A stretch of 64,000 bases of DNA, taken from positions 62,001 to 126,000 of the forward strand of contig JASANG010003092.1 in NCBI GenBank assembly GCA_030248215.1, given 5' to 3'. The position numbers and the translations under genes are program-made. Shown one piece after another: positions 43,782 to 58,600 of the stretch; the stretch's first letter is position 1, and every line of letters starts with the position of its first letter. Source of the DNA: Enoplolaimus lenunculus (lineage: Eukaryota). The notes below the pieces were generated by a model, which was given only the letters and a program-made list of their open reading frames with translations, had not been told where the DNA came from and did no database searches.

Positions 43782-44704
43782 ATCAGATCTGTATAATTAG
43801 AATCAGTTTACAGCATTAACAGCAACGGACCCAAAACCAGGAATTGTTCCCACGGTTGGTACAAAGATTCATATAAGGAGACAGGAAACATTTTCTTGGA
43901 TAGAGTTTGATGTCCGCAATAACATACGGTGGAGCCCCCGGTCGCTCCAGTAGTTTGACCGATTGAAAATTTGAACTCAGTATTACATCGAATATCACCC
44001 GAATTTAAAATTCCTTCACGTTTTTCTCAGTTTACGAGTTATGTTTCTCTATAAAAGCATCTAAATTTAGCAAATTCATTTGATGACATTCACCTTAAAT
44101 TGTATTGAGTAGTTTTGTTCAATTGTATGTCAAACTCTTTACACACTAAGCAAATTTAAAATAATTTGACAAATTTTATTACTACAAAACATGGCAAGAC
44201 TTACTCATTTGAATTTTTTCCGCGTTGAGGCTAGAATATAACAACAAATCACTGCCAATCAAACGACCCGTGTTTCAGAACTATTAAAAGTAAATTAACG
44301 CAACATATTTAGTTAGAATTTCAGTATGTATACTTCTATTTTAAGCTTGAAGCAAATCAAAAATTCACAAAACTCATTGGAATTTACAGTGTACACATCA
44401 GCTTGGATTCGTCGCTGCATATCTGTCAATGATATAAATAGCAACTTGAAGGGTTTACCTTAATCAAATCCATTACACCACGTATCTTGGGCAAATTTCG
44501 AGGATACTGCGTCTTAAATTTAAAATAAGTATTCGATACAAGGCAATGGTTTAAAACTATTACAATTTGAAATATTTTGATGAAAAATATGTAGCAACCA
44601 ACTGAACAAAGTTGCTAGTTTTATTTAAGTACTTTTAGCTATCTACCGACTAATTAGGGTAATAATAATGATTTTAAGCACAGGAGTTAAAATAGCACAT
44701 TATA

Positions 44705-45127
44705 CTGTAGTCACCCAAATAAGACAGTGGTAATAAGAGAGAGGTTCCTATTTTGAGTCTCAATCAATAGGAGTCCGTATCCGTAGTAAGCGGATAAAAT
44801 CCCTAAACCCTAATTAAAATCCATAAATGCCAATGATCCCTAATTGTAGTGCATAAGTGACTGCAGAACCAAATAAAGTTGAGTTCGAAAATTTAAAGCA
44901 TACTTAAGTTTTGAAATTTACGTTGCAATGTATACCCTTGCATTATCGCTCATGCTTTTGGTACAAGACAAACGTTCAACGGATAGTTGTAATACCGGTT
45001 ATATCAGTACCGATGGGTGGCGAAAGACGGGTTTAAAATCATTAACAGCCCGTAACCGAATAACAAGAGGGTAACCTCTAGAGAGGCCAAATCTATATCA
45101 GACCCCCTCTTATTCGGGTCACTACAG
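44705..45127. mobile_element. Tc1/mariner-like MITE with TA TSD (partial copy at ~52850-53006)
   Basis: ta-CTGTAGTCACCCAAATAAG...CTTATTCGGGTCACTACAG-ta. Confidence 0.75.
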
Positions 45128-46618
45128 TATGCTTTGGTCATTTAAAGTAAACTTACCCAATAAATGTTCAGAGTCACTTTATGAACAAAATTAAAACAAT
45201 TTCAAAGCTAAATTTTGAAATTGTCAAATCTTTGTAGTTACAACTGAATATAATGTACGAATAAGTATGCAATGACTAAAATGTTTATTTGCAGTGATGT
45301 GGTCAAAATTTCATTTCACAACGAATATTGTCAGTTAAAGCTTATTAAATGGAATGTAGCGAGCAATTTTTTGACCTCTAGAATCTAGCCAGTTACTACG
45401 AGTTGTGTAAGGCAACGAATCCTTTCTTATAGTCTTTCGAGAAATTTCACTGGGAGATATATCCGTCGTATCCATTTCTTGTATACTCCCATGTTTTATA
45501 GTATGAAAAAACTTCTATTTTTCATAAACAAATTTAATCACGAAAACACACTTGTTTCAGCAAAACTCACACAATAGTTATCAACTTTTTAAGATGTCTA
45601 CAACGTCTTGAACGCTTAACAAGTATGTTTGTATAGCAATTCCCGAGATAGGGATGGAACTTCAACGGCTTAATCAAATATTCAAGAGACGGTCAACAAG
45701 CTATTGACTCGATATGTTGCAAAACAAAACACTTAAAATCTTGCTCGTTGCAGTAAACAGTACGTTGAGATTTGGAGCCGTATTTATCAGCTGTGAGCAG
45801 TACCTAACACAGGTTACTAGTTAGTAATAGGCTTTCAAAAAAAGAAACTTTGAGTTACCTGCTGGAAAAATCTACATAAAATTAAGCTAATTCAGGTTCA
45901 AAAAATGTGCTAAATTCCCTACCGGATGTTGAGTTGTACTGTAGTAAAAAGAACTATCACCAACTGGTGCTTAACGCTGCGCACAATTCAGAATAAATGT
46001 TGTTATTGCAACAGGACCTTAATACAGGAATCCGTTATGCGAACTACTGCAGTGCACTAATTTGCTGACTTTAGCGAGATTAGATGTATTGCAATGTTAG
46101 CCAATGTTACTTTTGGGGCTTTATCATTAGCATAAAGACTGGGTCCCATATTCTAAAATGCATATAGCACCTATCATCTGTTAGTAATAAGTTTTCAAAC
46201 TAACGAACTGCTGTAATTGCAGGCCTCAAAATTTGCACAGTAGTAGAGTAACTCGGATGCAATAAACGTGCTGAATTTCAAACCGCACTATTCCGTGGTC
46301 CAAAACTTACAAGGCCTATCAAGAACTGGTAACAGGTGCTAGACACATTTGAGAATACGGGCTTAGGACCAAGCCTAAGTCTAATCCTTTCGGTAGTGAT
46401 TAGTCTAAAGCCTACCACCATCCTAAAAGACACTTTGACCCCAAAATTGAACGCTTTAGTTCCTTTTGATACTTTCAGTGCCCTTCTAGGACTAATTAGC
46501 GTCATCGAAATCAATTCTCACTTTATAGAATATATAAATACCGCTAGAATATACATACACCGAATCTTGTTCTTTAATAGCAAAAGTGGCTGTTTGCAGC
46601 AAAATTATGCTACGCAAT

Positions 46619-49600
46619 TTAATTCTTCTTTGCTCGGCGCAACAATGCCACCACAGCTACAGCTCGCTCGTTATAGACTAAAATGCGACTAAAACTAAAC
46701 TTAAAATACGGTGATGTTTTATTTCTCACTTTTTTTTGGAAATTTTTAAAAACATTTCAAAATTTAACATTTAAGAAAACAACTTACGATTGCCTGCGTA
46801 CGATGCGGAGGTCGTACAGATTCTGGGCTTCCCGTTTGCATTGAACTGTCTGCAACAAATTCAGATCTGCGGCCATATTTTCAAATGCTTATAGCACCGA
46901 TCACCAGTTATCAGTAGGTTTTTAAACTGACAAACTTTTTCATTTGCGGATCTCAAAATAGCACAGATGTAGAAGTGTTCCAATGCGAAAAATGTGCTTA
47001 ATTTTGAGCGTCACCATTTATTGGTTCAAAAGTTACAAGCCCTATCACCAATTGATGATAGGTACAACACATATTTGAGAATACAGACCCTAAATTAACG
47101 TTTAATCCCAGCTGCAAATTGGTACTCGACACAGTGACTTTAACAAAAATTAATCCCTGTAATAGAATAGGTTAAGGCCCAAAATTAAAAATCTTTATCT
47201 ATTGAAGGATGATATTTTTAAGGGAGTTAACTAAACAAGGTACAAATATATATACAATCCAATATGATCACTGTAAAGATGCGCTCAGACAATTTTCATA
47301 TATTTTCTGGTCGGCGTAGTCCAGTTTAGCCTGATATTTGTTCTCTTTACCTGTATAATGCCAGTAGCTTATATGCGGTTTCAGTATAAAAATTAGCTGC
47401 GTCCACAAAAAAGTGTCGTTGGTGAGGGTTAACAACCGCTGGATAACCATACTTCAACGAAAATTTTCCGTTGACAATTTACGACCCGGTTGAATTTTGT
47501 ATTGTGACCGGCGCATCATGAAACAATTTTTGGCTAGGAGGGTGCCGGCACCGAGCAAACGCCTAAAATATTAGGTCCTTCAAATCGTCGACAATAGCTT
47601 GCAATTTCTTCACTACATCATTGCGATATGGGTTAAATATTAAAAATTTAAATGTTCAACAAATGAATCAAATTTTACTCGCCGTTGAAATTTGACTGAA
47701 GTCCAGCGTCGCTGTCCATGGGATATTCGGCCATTTGTTCCATTGATTTGCGTATCCGTGGTCCTTTCGGTTGTTGAGGTGCGTCAGGGCTGACGTAACT
47801 TTCGTCGAGCGACTCCATATTTTCAAACGAATGACGCTTACGCCTTGGAGACGTTGGAGTCGACGCTGCGCGAGGTAGAATTGTCAGACCTGTGACCGCT
47901 TTCAAAAATTCGTCCCAATCGATTTCACCTGACCCTAAAATTAGATGAAATAACGGCGATTATTGACTTCGAGGTACAAATAGTTTGAAGTTTAAACCAA
48001 AACTTTGCCAGAAATATAACGAATGTTCAGAAAATGTGATGAAGTTCAGTATAGTCTGGATCAAACCAACTTTACGTCCTTTAAGCGTTTAGTAATTTTT
48101 TGAACAAAACCTAAAATGTGATGCAACAAACACAATTTTTGATTCTGAGCAAGCAATATTTTGAATGTTTAACAAGAAATTCGACAGATATCTATCGAAC
48201 GTTCTAAAGTATTTACGACGTCGCGCACGTACCTTGTCGGATAACAATCTATTAGTTCGTTAAGTCTCTTGTACTTTTTGAAACTAACATACAATATAAC
48301 GCAACAAAAACAGTGTTTGATTCTGAAATACAAATTCCTTAATTGTATGCCATAAGTTTGACTGAAATACAGGCCCGTAGCCAGCTCACCTTGCAAAGGA
48401 GGCTAAACGTTTTTCAGGATGGGTACACATATTCATTAACTGCACTTACCATCACGATCCGCATTGCGAAATACGTCATCGATCCATCGGTTTGACGGAA
48501 CGTTTAAGTTGCACAGGCCAACCGCTGACCGGAGTTCTTCGCGACTAAGTCGTCCATTGCGATCCGCGTCTAGATGGTTGAAAACGTCACGAAATCCTAT
48601 AAACAATAAACAAATTTTAAAATTTATCCCCTACCAACATTAAAAAACTAACTTAATTAAATAGCAAAAACAAAATATCCTCAAAGTAAAGCTGCTGATC
48701 GTCTGCGAGGAAAAAGCTACTGCATCTGGTAAGCAACCACATTGTAATTTTTATCCAGTAGTTTTTACGAACTTTAACCTCTATCTTGGAAACTTTAATG
48801 GAACGTAATCCCTATTTCTAAAACCATGTCTACGGCTCTGATTATCCATAAGCTACTTTTCGTTAAAAATGTAAAATTAAATAGAATATAAATAGAAATC
48901 CAGACATAATGTGTTCACAGCTAGTTACTGGTTACAAAGATATTATTACTTCCCTTGAATTTAATTTTGATTGGATACCTAAGCGTTAAGCTCAATTTAA
49001 GATACCAGATTTGTAATATTGACTAAAGTGCGGATAGGCGGCTCATGAATTTTGCCTTCCCATTAACCTTAAGCCTAAGTCTAAACCTAACAATACCTCA
49101 AGTACAGTTGTAGCAAGTGACCGTTGAGAAATGTTATTACGTCCTTGAATTTAATTTTGATTGGATAAGTTGTTTAAACCTAAGCATAACCTAAGATACT
49201 GGGTTTGTAACATTGACTAAACTACGGATAGACGGTCAATGAAATTGGCCTGCCAATTAGTCCTAAGCCTAAGCCTAAGCCTAAGCCTAAGAAAGCCTTA
49301 AGAACAGTTATGATAATTATTATAATAATGTTAATAATAATAGTAATAGTAATAATAATGATAATAATTATAATAAATAATAATTATAGTAGTAGTAGTA
49401 ATGATAATAATAATAATAATAAACCGACTTTGAATTTCAGCATCAGTGAATCCCGGTATCTGAAATGTATAAACGCCAATTATACTTTAGATGAACACTG
49501 AAGCATACTGTAAATTCCAATAGGTTGATTAATTAATTCAGCAAGCGAGTGGGTTATTTCTGAGTTAATATCAGTAAACATTAACTCAATCTCAGTTGAG

Positions 49601-52600
49601 TTAATTCGCACTCTGAGTTCAATTGACTCTGGGTAAGTTGATTAATTAACACAGAATGAATTGAATCAACTCAGAATTCTGAATTCTGACAGTCCTAACT
49701 CAGACTGAGTGATTCAACTCATTCTGAGTTAAAATCAACTCACTGAAATTTACAGTGCATTTTTTAAATTTGAAATATTTAAATAGAAATTGGTAAATTA
49801 ACTCTTACCAAACTATTGTTTAAAATAAACCTAACATAATACAACGTCTCACCTGATATGCTGATTTCGGCACAGGCTGAAATATAAAATTCATCTCTCA
49901 CAGTTAAAATACAAACAAAATATAACCTAACCATAAAACAAAACCACAGACTTAAAACAATAGGTTGAAATTGCGCACTGCATGACTTAGCGGATGTGCA
50001 AAATGAGCTAATAGCCAGATTAAACACAATCACGAGCTCCTCGGATAACGTCAGTTCATACACCGAGAAATTCTGCACCCACCTTTACGTTGGGGGCCGA
50101 CACGCTGGAGTTTGGAGGGAGCCTCCACTCCTGCCTGCTCCGGCACTGCCACAGGCGATCAGGGGGCTTAGCTCCCTAAAAGCTTTACCACACCTCTTGA
50201 AAAATATTTTTGTATGTCTTAAGAAATTTACTTCACACATCTTTCTAAAACAGCGTTGCAATAATTTTTCCACAGCGCTGCAATTTAAATATTCGATTAC
50301 ACAAAAATTCTTGCATGACGTTCATTAGCTACTACTGAATATTACTCCGTTTGTGGCTTACTTACGCACCGCAGGGGCGTATAAAGGTGCAACTATAGAC
50401 GGGATATTGCCTGCCAAAACTTCTGGTGACAAAAAAGCACTTTTAATAGGCTTTAGAAAATAACCTTCTAGTTTCAGTAGGTAAAAGCATTGTGTTTTAC
50501 ATGAGGTTGTGCGATTTAGAATTGGTATCTTGGCTACGCCCTGTTTATACAGCGCAATTTTCCTGCGTTCAATGCTTACTTTCGCATATTCATCGGTGAT
50601 TTCGATGGGTGTTTGACCAGTCAACGCTTTCAAAAATTCAAACAAATCAATTTCGCCTGATCCTGAAATAACACAATGCTCCTCGGTGTGACGCCGTTTT
50701 CTAGACCAAATCGTAATTCCGCTTCGGATTAGCCCAATTTGGAATTGTGCAGCATTGCGGCATGCGCTGCGTCATATATACCGTTACAGACAGCGATCAC
50801 ATTATCACTTTTCTCAAATAACGAAAATGATAGACCAAGAAGACGATTAAACCTTCATAGGACTAAGGGTATGCCGCGCGAAACCCAACCCACTCGAGTC
50901 AGTTTGCGACGCCGCCATACTATTAACCAAGACCCCCGCGAAGAAACTTGAACAAATAGAGATAAAAAATACCATTAATATACAAATGGCTTAGGACACG
51001 TGTTCAAAAGTATAGTTTTCGAAATGAAAGTTTGGGCGAATGGCGGCTTCTTCGCGCGACCTTTCCTTTATTCAGTACGATTTTAACTAAATTGGCAAGC
51101 GGAGGGCCAGAAAGTTCTACAAACGATAGATAATTCAGATAATATAATCTGTACGGCAGAAAACATTTCAGCTTGCTTTTGAGGTACACAATTCAAAACC
51201 AAGAAAAATCCATCTGTTCGTTTGATTTTTACCACATATATGGAAAAGAATAGCGCTATATGACAGCGAATTTTGACCCGCTTGACTCCGTAGGGCCCAC
51301 GCGCGCTACATTTATTTCCGGTTCCTACCGTCTTTGTCGGCTTCTAGCATCAAATCGTTCAACCATCGGCGTGAAGGCCTCATTCCGCATGTTAAAATCG
51401 CTTGTTCAAGTTCGGACGTCGTTATTGTTCCAGTACGATCTGAGTCGAATAGTTGAAACGCTTTGATGAACGCTAAAACACAACGCTGCAATTGAGAATT
51501 GTTAGCTGACGTCGCAAGAACAATTATCTTAACGTAAAATTCATTAATGCTGGTTGTAAATTTTTCAGACATGGGTAACGACGGTGTTGATAAGGGGGAT
51601 GACACGCCAAACGGGAACCCGTGGCTGCTGTCAGGAGGAAACCAATCGAAATAAAAACCGGAAAAGAATGTATAAAATCTGAATTGCGTTGGTTAGTGGT
51701 CAGCGAACAAACTTGAAAGTTGTGATTTTAGGGACAATGCAAGGAAAAAAGGAGATAAACAATTAGGACTTTAAGCCTTAATGTTTATGGCCAATTTATA
51801 GAACATGGGCGTAAGAGTAGTATAAATGTACTCCAACACTATGCCTAAACCAAGCCTAAGCGTAAGAATGAGGTTATACCTAAACCTAAGCAAAAGTTAG
51901 ATTGAAGATTAAGCTTTCTCGGTTGCAGTCCCGCAGAAAAAACGTTCCGCCCCTGATATTTACATAACCGGGTTTCGGAAGGGTAACATGCTAGACAACC
52001 TCAAAGTATTTTATCAAAACGGATTACACCCACCATCCAACTGTACAATGTTTTCGCAAGAGTGTCATTTCTAGATCTATTAACAAATTATAATTTAAGC
52101 CAGTTGAAATCTGAACGCAGATGGCATTAAGTAATATTAATTCAGTGTAAGTTCATAGCTATTGAGTTGAATTCAACCAGCAAAATAAACTTTGGCTTTA
52201 CGTACTTTCGACGTCTTTGTCACTGAATCCATGAATCTGAAACAACCTCGTCAGGTAAGCTTTTAGTCAAGAAGAAAAATTAAACATTCGCTCACGAACA
52301 ATAGTTTTGAGCCTAATTATTACGATTCCACGCGTATAATATGTGAAGTTTAGGGCACTGTTCTGTTTTAAATTTTGGGGCTAGGTCAGTTGAACTTTTT
52401 CAATTTAGAGCGTGTGCTTTTAACCCGAACGCCCCCCTATGTCACTCGACATTTCTTAAAAGTAAATGTCAAACGTGACATAAACTGGTTGCTTTGATGT
52501 GAGCGAGTGATATAATGTGCGGTTAAATCTGCGGTGAGTCATGACTTACCCGTACCCCTACTCGAATGTTTGTATAGCTTCTGAAAAACAGCAACAAAAA

Positions 52601-55600
52601 TTCGACTAATTCTAAACTGCCATGATTAGTAAGCGAAAGATATTCACCCTGGCAAAATACAGTAATTGTGAATCTCAAAATTTGCACCACAGTTATAGGG
52701 TGAATCAAATATGAAAACGGTACTTAAACGTTTGTCTTGTGTCATTGGCTTGTGCGATAATGCAAGGCTATACTTAGGAATGTGCTTTCAAAATTTAAGT
52801 ACACTTTAAAGCTTCAAACTAAAATTATTTGGCCCTGGAGTCCTTTACGCGCTACAATTAGGGATAATTGACATTTGTGGACTCTAATTAGGGTTTAGGG
52901 ACTATATCCGCTTACGGACTCTTATTAGGGATACGGACTCCTATTGATTGGGACTCAAAATAGGGACCCCTCTTATTACCACCCTCTTATTCGGGCCAAT
53001 ACAGTACTAGAGATCGAAGTGAAATATTCCTTAACGGAAGATACCAGACTTATTGTCAATTTGTATAAACCTTCGATTTTATTGTGAACAGTGAAACATA
53101 ATGTCTTACCCTATATCTAGGCCGCTTCTTGTTTTGTTGATTTGAGCCTGGCTGTTTAGGTTCCGGTTCGCTAACTTCAATACGGTCCAGTATTCGGCGG
53201 AAATGAGTCCAGCGAGCTTCGAGAGAGCGGAAATTGTCCTCAAGAGCTTGGCGGTCGTGATGGGCAACTGTTTGTCGTAGCAGTTTTTGGAGTTGTCGAC
53301 GACTTTGATCCAAAAGATCGTCACCTGTGGTACGCAAATCCTGAAGTAAACAAAATCAGGACCGTAGTTAGCTCAACAAACTAAAGGGATTAAAGCCATT
53401 GTAAGAGGGCATGTTGTTCATTTTACCAGACGCACAAGTGATCCGAAAATCTTTCCAGTGGCGTGCAAAATAATTTGTTAGGGTAGTTGAGCCTCTTATG
53501 CTCCCCTTCTGGAGTTACTGGTCTGAATAATGTTATCGACTTGTAATTACTACACCAACGATTTGTCTACTTGCGCCATACGTAAAACCTGGTTATCTGC
53601 TACAAATTAATACAAAATTTCACTGAAAAACTTCACAAAAAAAGCCGGTTTAAATTAATATTTTATTAAATCAAACACTTTTAACCAGATTTCAGTTTCA
53701 CTAAAAACCGTTTCTGGCGAATTTTCTCGCAATGTGAAAATTCTCTAGATTTCGCAGTAGTTCAAAGATATTAAATCCGTGGTAATATTGGAAGCCTATA
53801 GTCCTTCAGACCCATCTGGTTCATATACTGAAACTGAATGGTGAATGCGTCGTTTTGTCCCCACGCCATTCAGGAACGTTTTGTGATAAAATAGTTTTCT
53901 CATTCAGAAATTTGGCACATATATGGCATACAGTAAAAATTTCGTATCATAACTTTTGCCAACCTGCCCCTCTCATCAGAAATTTCTGAATCCTCCACTG
54001 AATAATGCGTAAATATTTTTGGAAAATTCCATAAAAAATGATCTACAACGTTACGCAATTTGGACAGCCGTCAAAAACCAATTCAATTCTAACCTTTGCC
54101 AAAGCTACAGCTAACCGAGATGACATTTCGAAGCAAGATAACTATTTCCAAAGTATACCTGATTTTAAATGTTTAAAATATGTTTAAAAATTGCAAAAAA
54201 TTAATGCAGTATGCAATAAAAACTATACTACAAAAATCAAAAATAGAATAAAAGAACAACAAAAATAAACTAAACGAGGAGGCATAGTTTAGAATGCTGA
54301 TACGGTTGCTAGTGGAAACGACAGGGTCACTGAGTACCAAAACAGGAACTAACGACATAATCAAGATATCAAGCAATAAATGCTTTGGGCTCGATGTAAA
54401 CGCTAGCAACTAACGTGCTGCTTGAATACTAAGTAGCCTTCGCAGGCCCGCAGCCAGCTCAACTTGCTGGAAGGGAGTGCTAAAAATTTTTAGGAGGGGC
54501 ATACAAAGGTTTTCAATGACCTACAAGCAAGGTTGAAATATTTTCTGGGGTGGCCAAAATTTTTCTACGGGGGCTAAGCATTACCTTGGCTACGAACCCG
54601 AGCCTTCAGTGTGTTAGGGGTTATGCTAAGGTTTGTGTTTAGGCAAGGGAACTCATTTCAGCATAAAAAACCAGGTAGCATCGAATAAGCCTGACTTTTT
54701 GGAACTACAGTACCATCTTATCAGTTTCTCATCTCGGCTAAAACTCGCGTAAAATGTTTTATTCCAATTTAAATTCCAACTGCGGGTAATTCCGATGCCA
54801 GAATGCCGAAAATTTGGGCATCGTGTTGTTATTCGTCAATATTATTTCCATTTGTGTTTTGCAATAAAACAGCCAAAAAGATAAGCCAATTAATTGCAGT
54901 AATTACACTTGTATCGTGGCTACAAATTACACCGAACTCAAACTTGCAATGAAATAAAAATAATTAGGATTAATCTGCTCTTAGTATCTTGACGAAAGCA
55001 ACCAAACTTAAAATATATAATTCCGGTTTTGGCAGAAAGACTAAGTACTGACATTGATTTCCAATTAGTGATGCTTAAGGAGTGTAGGAACCAGTTTTAA
55101 CACAGTTTAAGGGCACCGGCAGGGTATGTGTAAGCGGATACCGCTGCAGCCTCATCGGCTTCCTAAATAATTTTTTATATCAACAGGTTCGTAGTGTAAA
55201 AATATGGCTTAGGATTACGCTATACTTTTAAATTACTTTAATGCCGTGCAGCACCGACCGTTGCGATACGGCGCCATCCATCACCGTCCGTCACAGTGCA
55301 GTATCGTACGCAAACTACTCACGTACGATACCGTACAGTAAAGGACCGTGATGCACGGCGCCGTACGACAAGTATAACGGAATCTTTATTGTGTCACATT
55401 GTCATCAACGTATTGTTTTGCTCGAAAACCCAGTTTGCAAACTTCGCCCAATGAGCCAAAACTGCTCATTTAAAGTGTTAAAACCAGGGTTGTTTTTTCC
55501 AGAAAAAATATGACCAGGAAAAATATTTTTTTCCATTTTTCCGGTAATTTTTTTCCGGCCAACGATCCTGGTTAAAACACGTGAACTGCTGATATCCTTC

Positions 55601-58600
55601 CAAACGGTCTTTTTTCATTTTGGAGTATACAGTTAACTTTTATTTATAGCTGGTAAAAAATGTTATGAAGGCGTTTAAATATTATAATATTTAAATGTCA
55701 GTTGAAAATAATATTACAAATAGAAATCAACCAACTATGCCGCATAATGATTCCAAACTGAAATTATATTCAACGGTTTTAGAATTGTTTTATTGATTTA
55801 GGAGCGCTGCTGGTGGGGTTCGAGAGGCAAGGCTTTCTGCCCCCTTTACAATTTTCGACAGGGATTTTTAAGAGCTCACAAACATTCTCTTTGAGATTTT
55901 GGCTTATGTATAGGTCAGAGGCTGGCAGTTTCTCCGTTGCACTGCTAAAGCTTAAACTTTAGATTATTTTTGGCGTAGGCTTAGGTTTAGAAATACGCTA
56001 CGCTTGTTATCGCCCTATTTCGCTATATATTAGCCGAAATTTTTACAGAACTTCCCTCTTCTACAATACAGTTTGATCAATTAGAAATTACAATCTGAGT
56101 GTAGTTGTACTAAAAGAATGCGCTTGTTAGCATATTGTTCACTCTGCCGCAAAGTCGTGGACAAGAAAAAAAATGAATAGGAATATATTCTTAATCGAAA
56201 ATTTTGAAGAGACAAAGCAGGTTTTACAATAACCGTCACAGAAGTGAAAAACTGCACATTTACATGATCCAATACCTTTCCGAAATGATTATAGCCTTCA
56301 GATATTAAATCCGAGCTGCGCGAGTGCACTATACCTGAATTTGTGCATCTGTTTCGTTTGACCACACATTTTCACGCTCCATTTCGCGTACCAGCGAACG
56401 TTTTCGATCAATCCAATCACGAAATCGATCCGCCAACGCGTTGAATTCAGCTTGTTCATCGTCAATTTGAGTGTACTTTGACAATTTATCCTGTAAAAGT
56501 AAAGAAAACAAAGGTATTCTAAATTACAACAGAATATTAAAAAATCATGTTTCAGGGCAGGCCCACTTCCAGCTCGGCACAAGTGATAGGAAAGGGAAGA
56601 CGAAATGCTCTGGAGGGAATTGAAAATTTTTCAACGAGAACCCAATATTTTCTTGATGTTTGAACCGACAGTCCCCTCTGGCTGCGGGCTTGTTTCAGAG
56701 TATGACATGTTATCTATTACTGTCAACAACACATAGATTATGAAGCTATCTCAAGAAGAGAGGAAATTTTCGCCGTATTTCTTTTGATAAAAATATTACA
56801 AGAAGCCGGTGAGTTGCAAACCAACACCGCATCCACAACGCAAACGAGATTTAAGTTTACAATTTTACCTTAATAATGTTTTCATACGCGTCAATTTTTT
56901 GTCGAAGTCTCGCTTGTTCACGCGAACTGTACTGTGTTTCCGTGGCAACGCCACGGTCTGTGAAATATTGTGTTTGTTTCGATATTGACTCGGATTTGCT
57001 TCGTAATGCTAGCAGTTGTGATTTGAGCAAATGCTGAGAAAACACACGATGGGTACCGCTATACTTTTGGACAATTTTAAGGCCGTCCAGCTTCGTCCGG
57101 TGCCGTCCGATCCGGAATCGTTCGGCGCTGTTTGACGCTGTACGGCAATGCACGTTAGTTGAGGTACGGCACGGACAAACAATTTGTCAAAAAGTATTTT
57201 TGACTTAATAGCGCCGAACGGCAAAAATAGTGCCGTCGTGCGCGCTGTCCGGTACCGTAAATCAAAAAAAGTTCGTTTATCAATTATTATGGCTTAGGCT
57301 TAGGCTTAGAAATATGGTTATACTACTGTTCCGGCCATGTTCTATACATGGGCCAAATATACAATGTCCGCTTGCAATAAACAATTTGCATCGTAAAATT
57401 TTCAGCTTTACAGGGCTATTGAAACGCAACAAATGACATACAAAATTTTGTGTCACTCGCTACTCGTTTATGCAGAAAAGTTTTACATAAAATTACAAAC
57501 ATCCGAAATGAAACCTTGATAATTAGTTTGCATTTACGGTTTCAGGTGCGTACCTTTAATTGATTTGCATACGCGTCTTTTGCAGCAACACCAGCTCCAG
57601 CTCGAGGTTCGCTAGCAGTCGCTGAGCGCTCCAAATCATTAATGTCATCTTTGTATCGAGTCCAGTCATCTTGCAATCGATGTGCAGCTGTGACAAGTTG
57701 TTGAACCTAAACGACACATTTGCAAATTGCAACGGTATTTTTTACAAAATAATATTGAGAATTTAACACTTTCTTACATGAATATTTTTCAATTTATACA
57801 CTTTCTTACATGAATATTTTTCAATTTATACGAAATCAAATTTTAATTTGAACTATAGAGTTAGAAATGAGCGGCGTTTAGCAACGTAACTCGGCACTAG
57901 AATTTGACCCTAAGGCACGTTTAGACTTCAATGCGCGTATGCGCAGTAATTATTAACATATGTATCATTTCACATAAAATACATTCCGCTAAGTTGTACA
58001 TAGTCTACTCGAAAGGAGACAGGAAAAATTATGTTATATTTTTTGGTTAAATATTTAAAGATTTCTTATATGTCTCATGCTTAAATAAAAACTTAACTCA
58101 AATCAAAAATTGCGCCAACAAAGCACAAAAATGTGGACCCATGTTAATTTTAGGCGCCTACTTCAGCAAGTCTAAGCCCAAGCGTAGCCAACGCTTAAAA
58201 ATAATCCTAATCCTAAACCTTCCCATCTGTAAATAGCACACTCTCCTGTCCGCCAGCAGACAGGCCACTAAACATTGGTCGATATTCCCAAATATAATGG
58301 TATGCTTACTTCAGTATAAATCCTATCGATATCAGCTTGAGCGTTATGCCATTCGTTGTTTAGATTTCGTATTTCGTCTTGTAAATTTCTATTTGACGCA
58401 TGCGTAGCAGCTTCTCGTCTCGCGGTTGAGCTTAGTTGTTGACCGGTAAATTTATCGTTATGCAATGTCTAAAACGAATTTTAGATGGTCGTTCGGATCC
58501 GTACGCCTAAGCACGGGCACCGCATTACAATTTGTGAAAAAAAGATTATTTTAAACAACCCCGCGATAAGTAAAGCTGCAACCTTAGAAATCTAACAAAG

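Noticed and set aside
49310..49501. Poly-Ile/Asn ORF
   Set aside because: Translation of an (ATA)n microsatellite.
54094..54158. Candidate exon inside the spectrin-region intron
   Set aside because: It has a stop in the required phase 0, and 56335 splices cleanly to 53340 without it.
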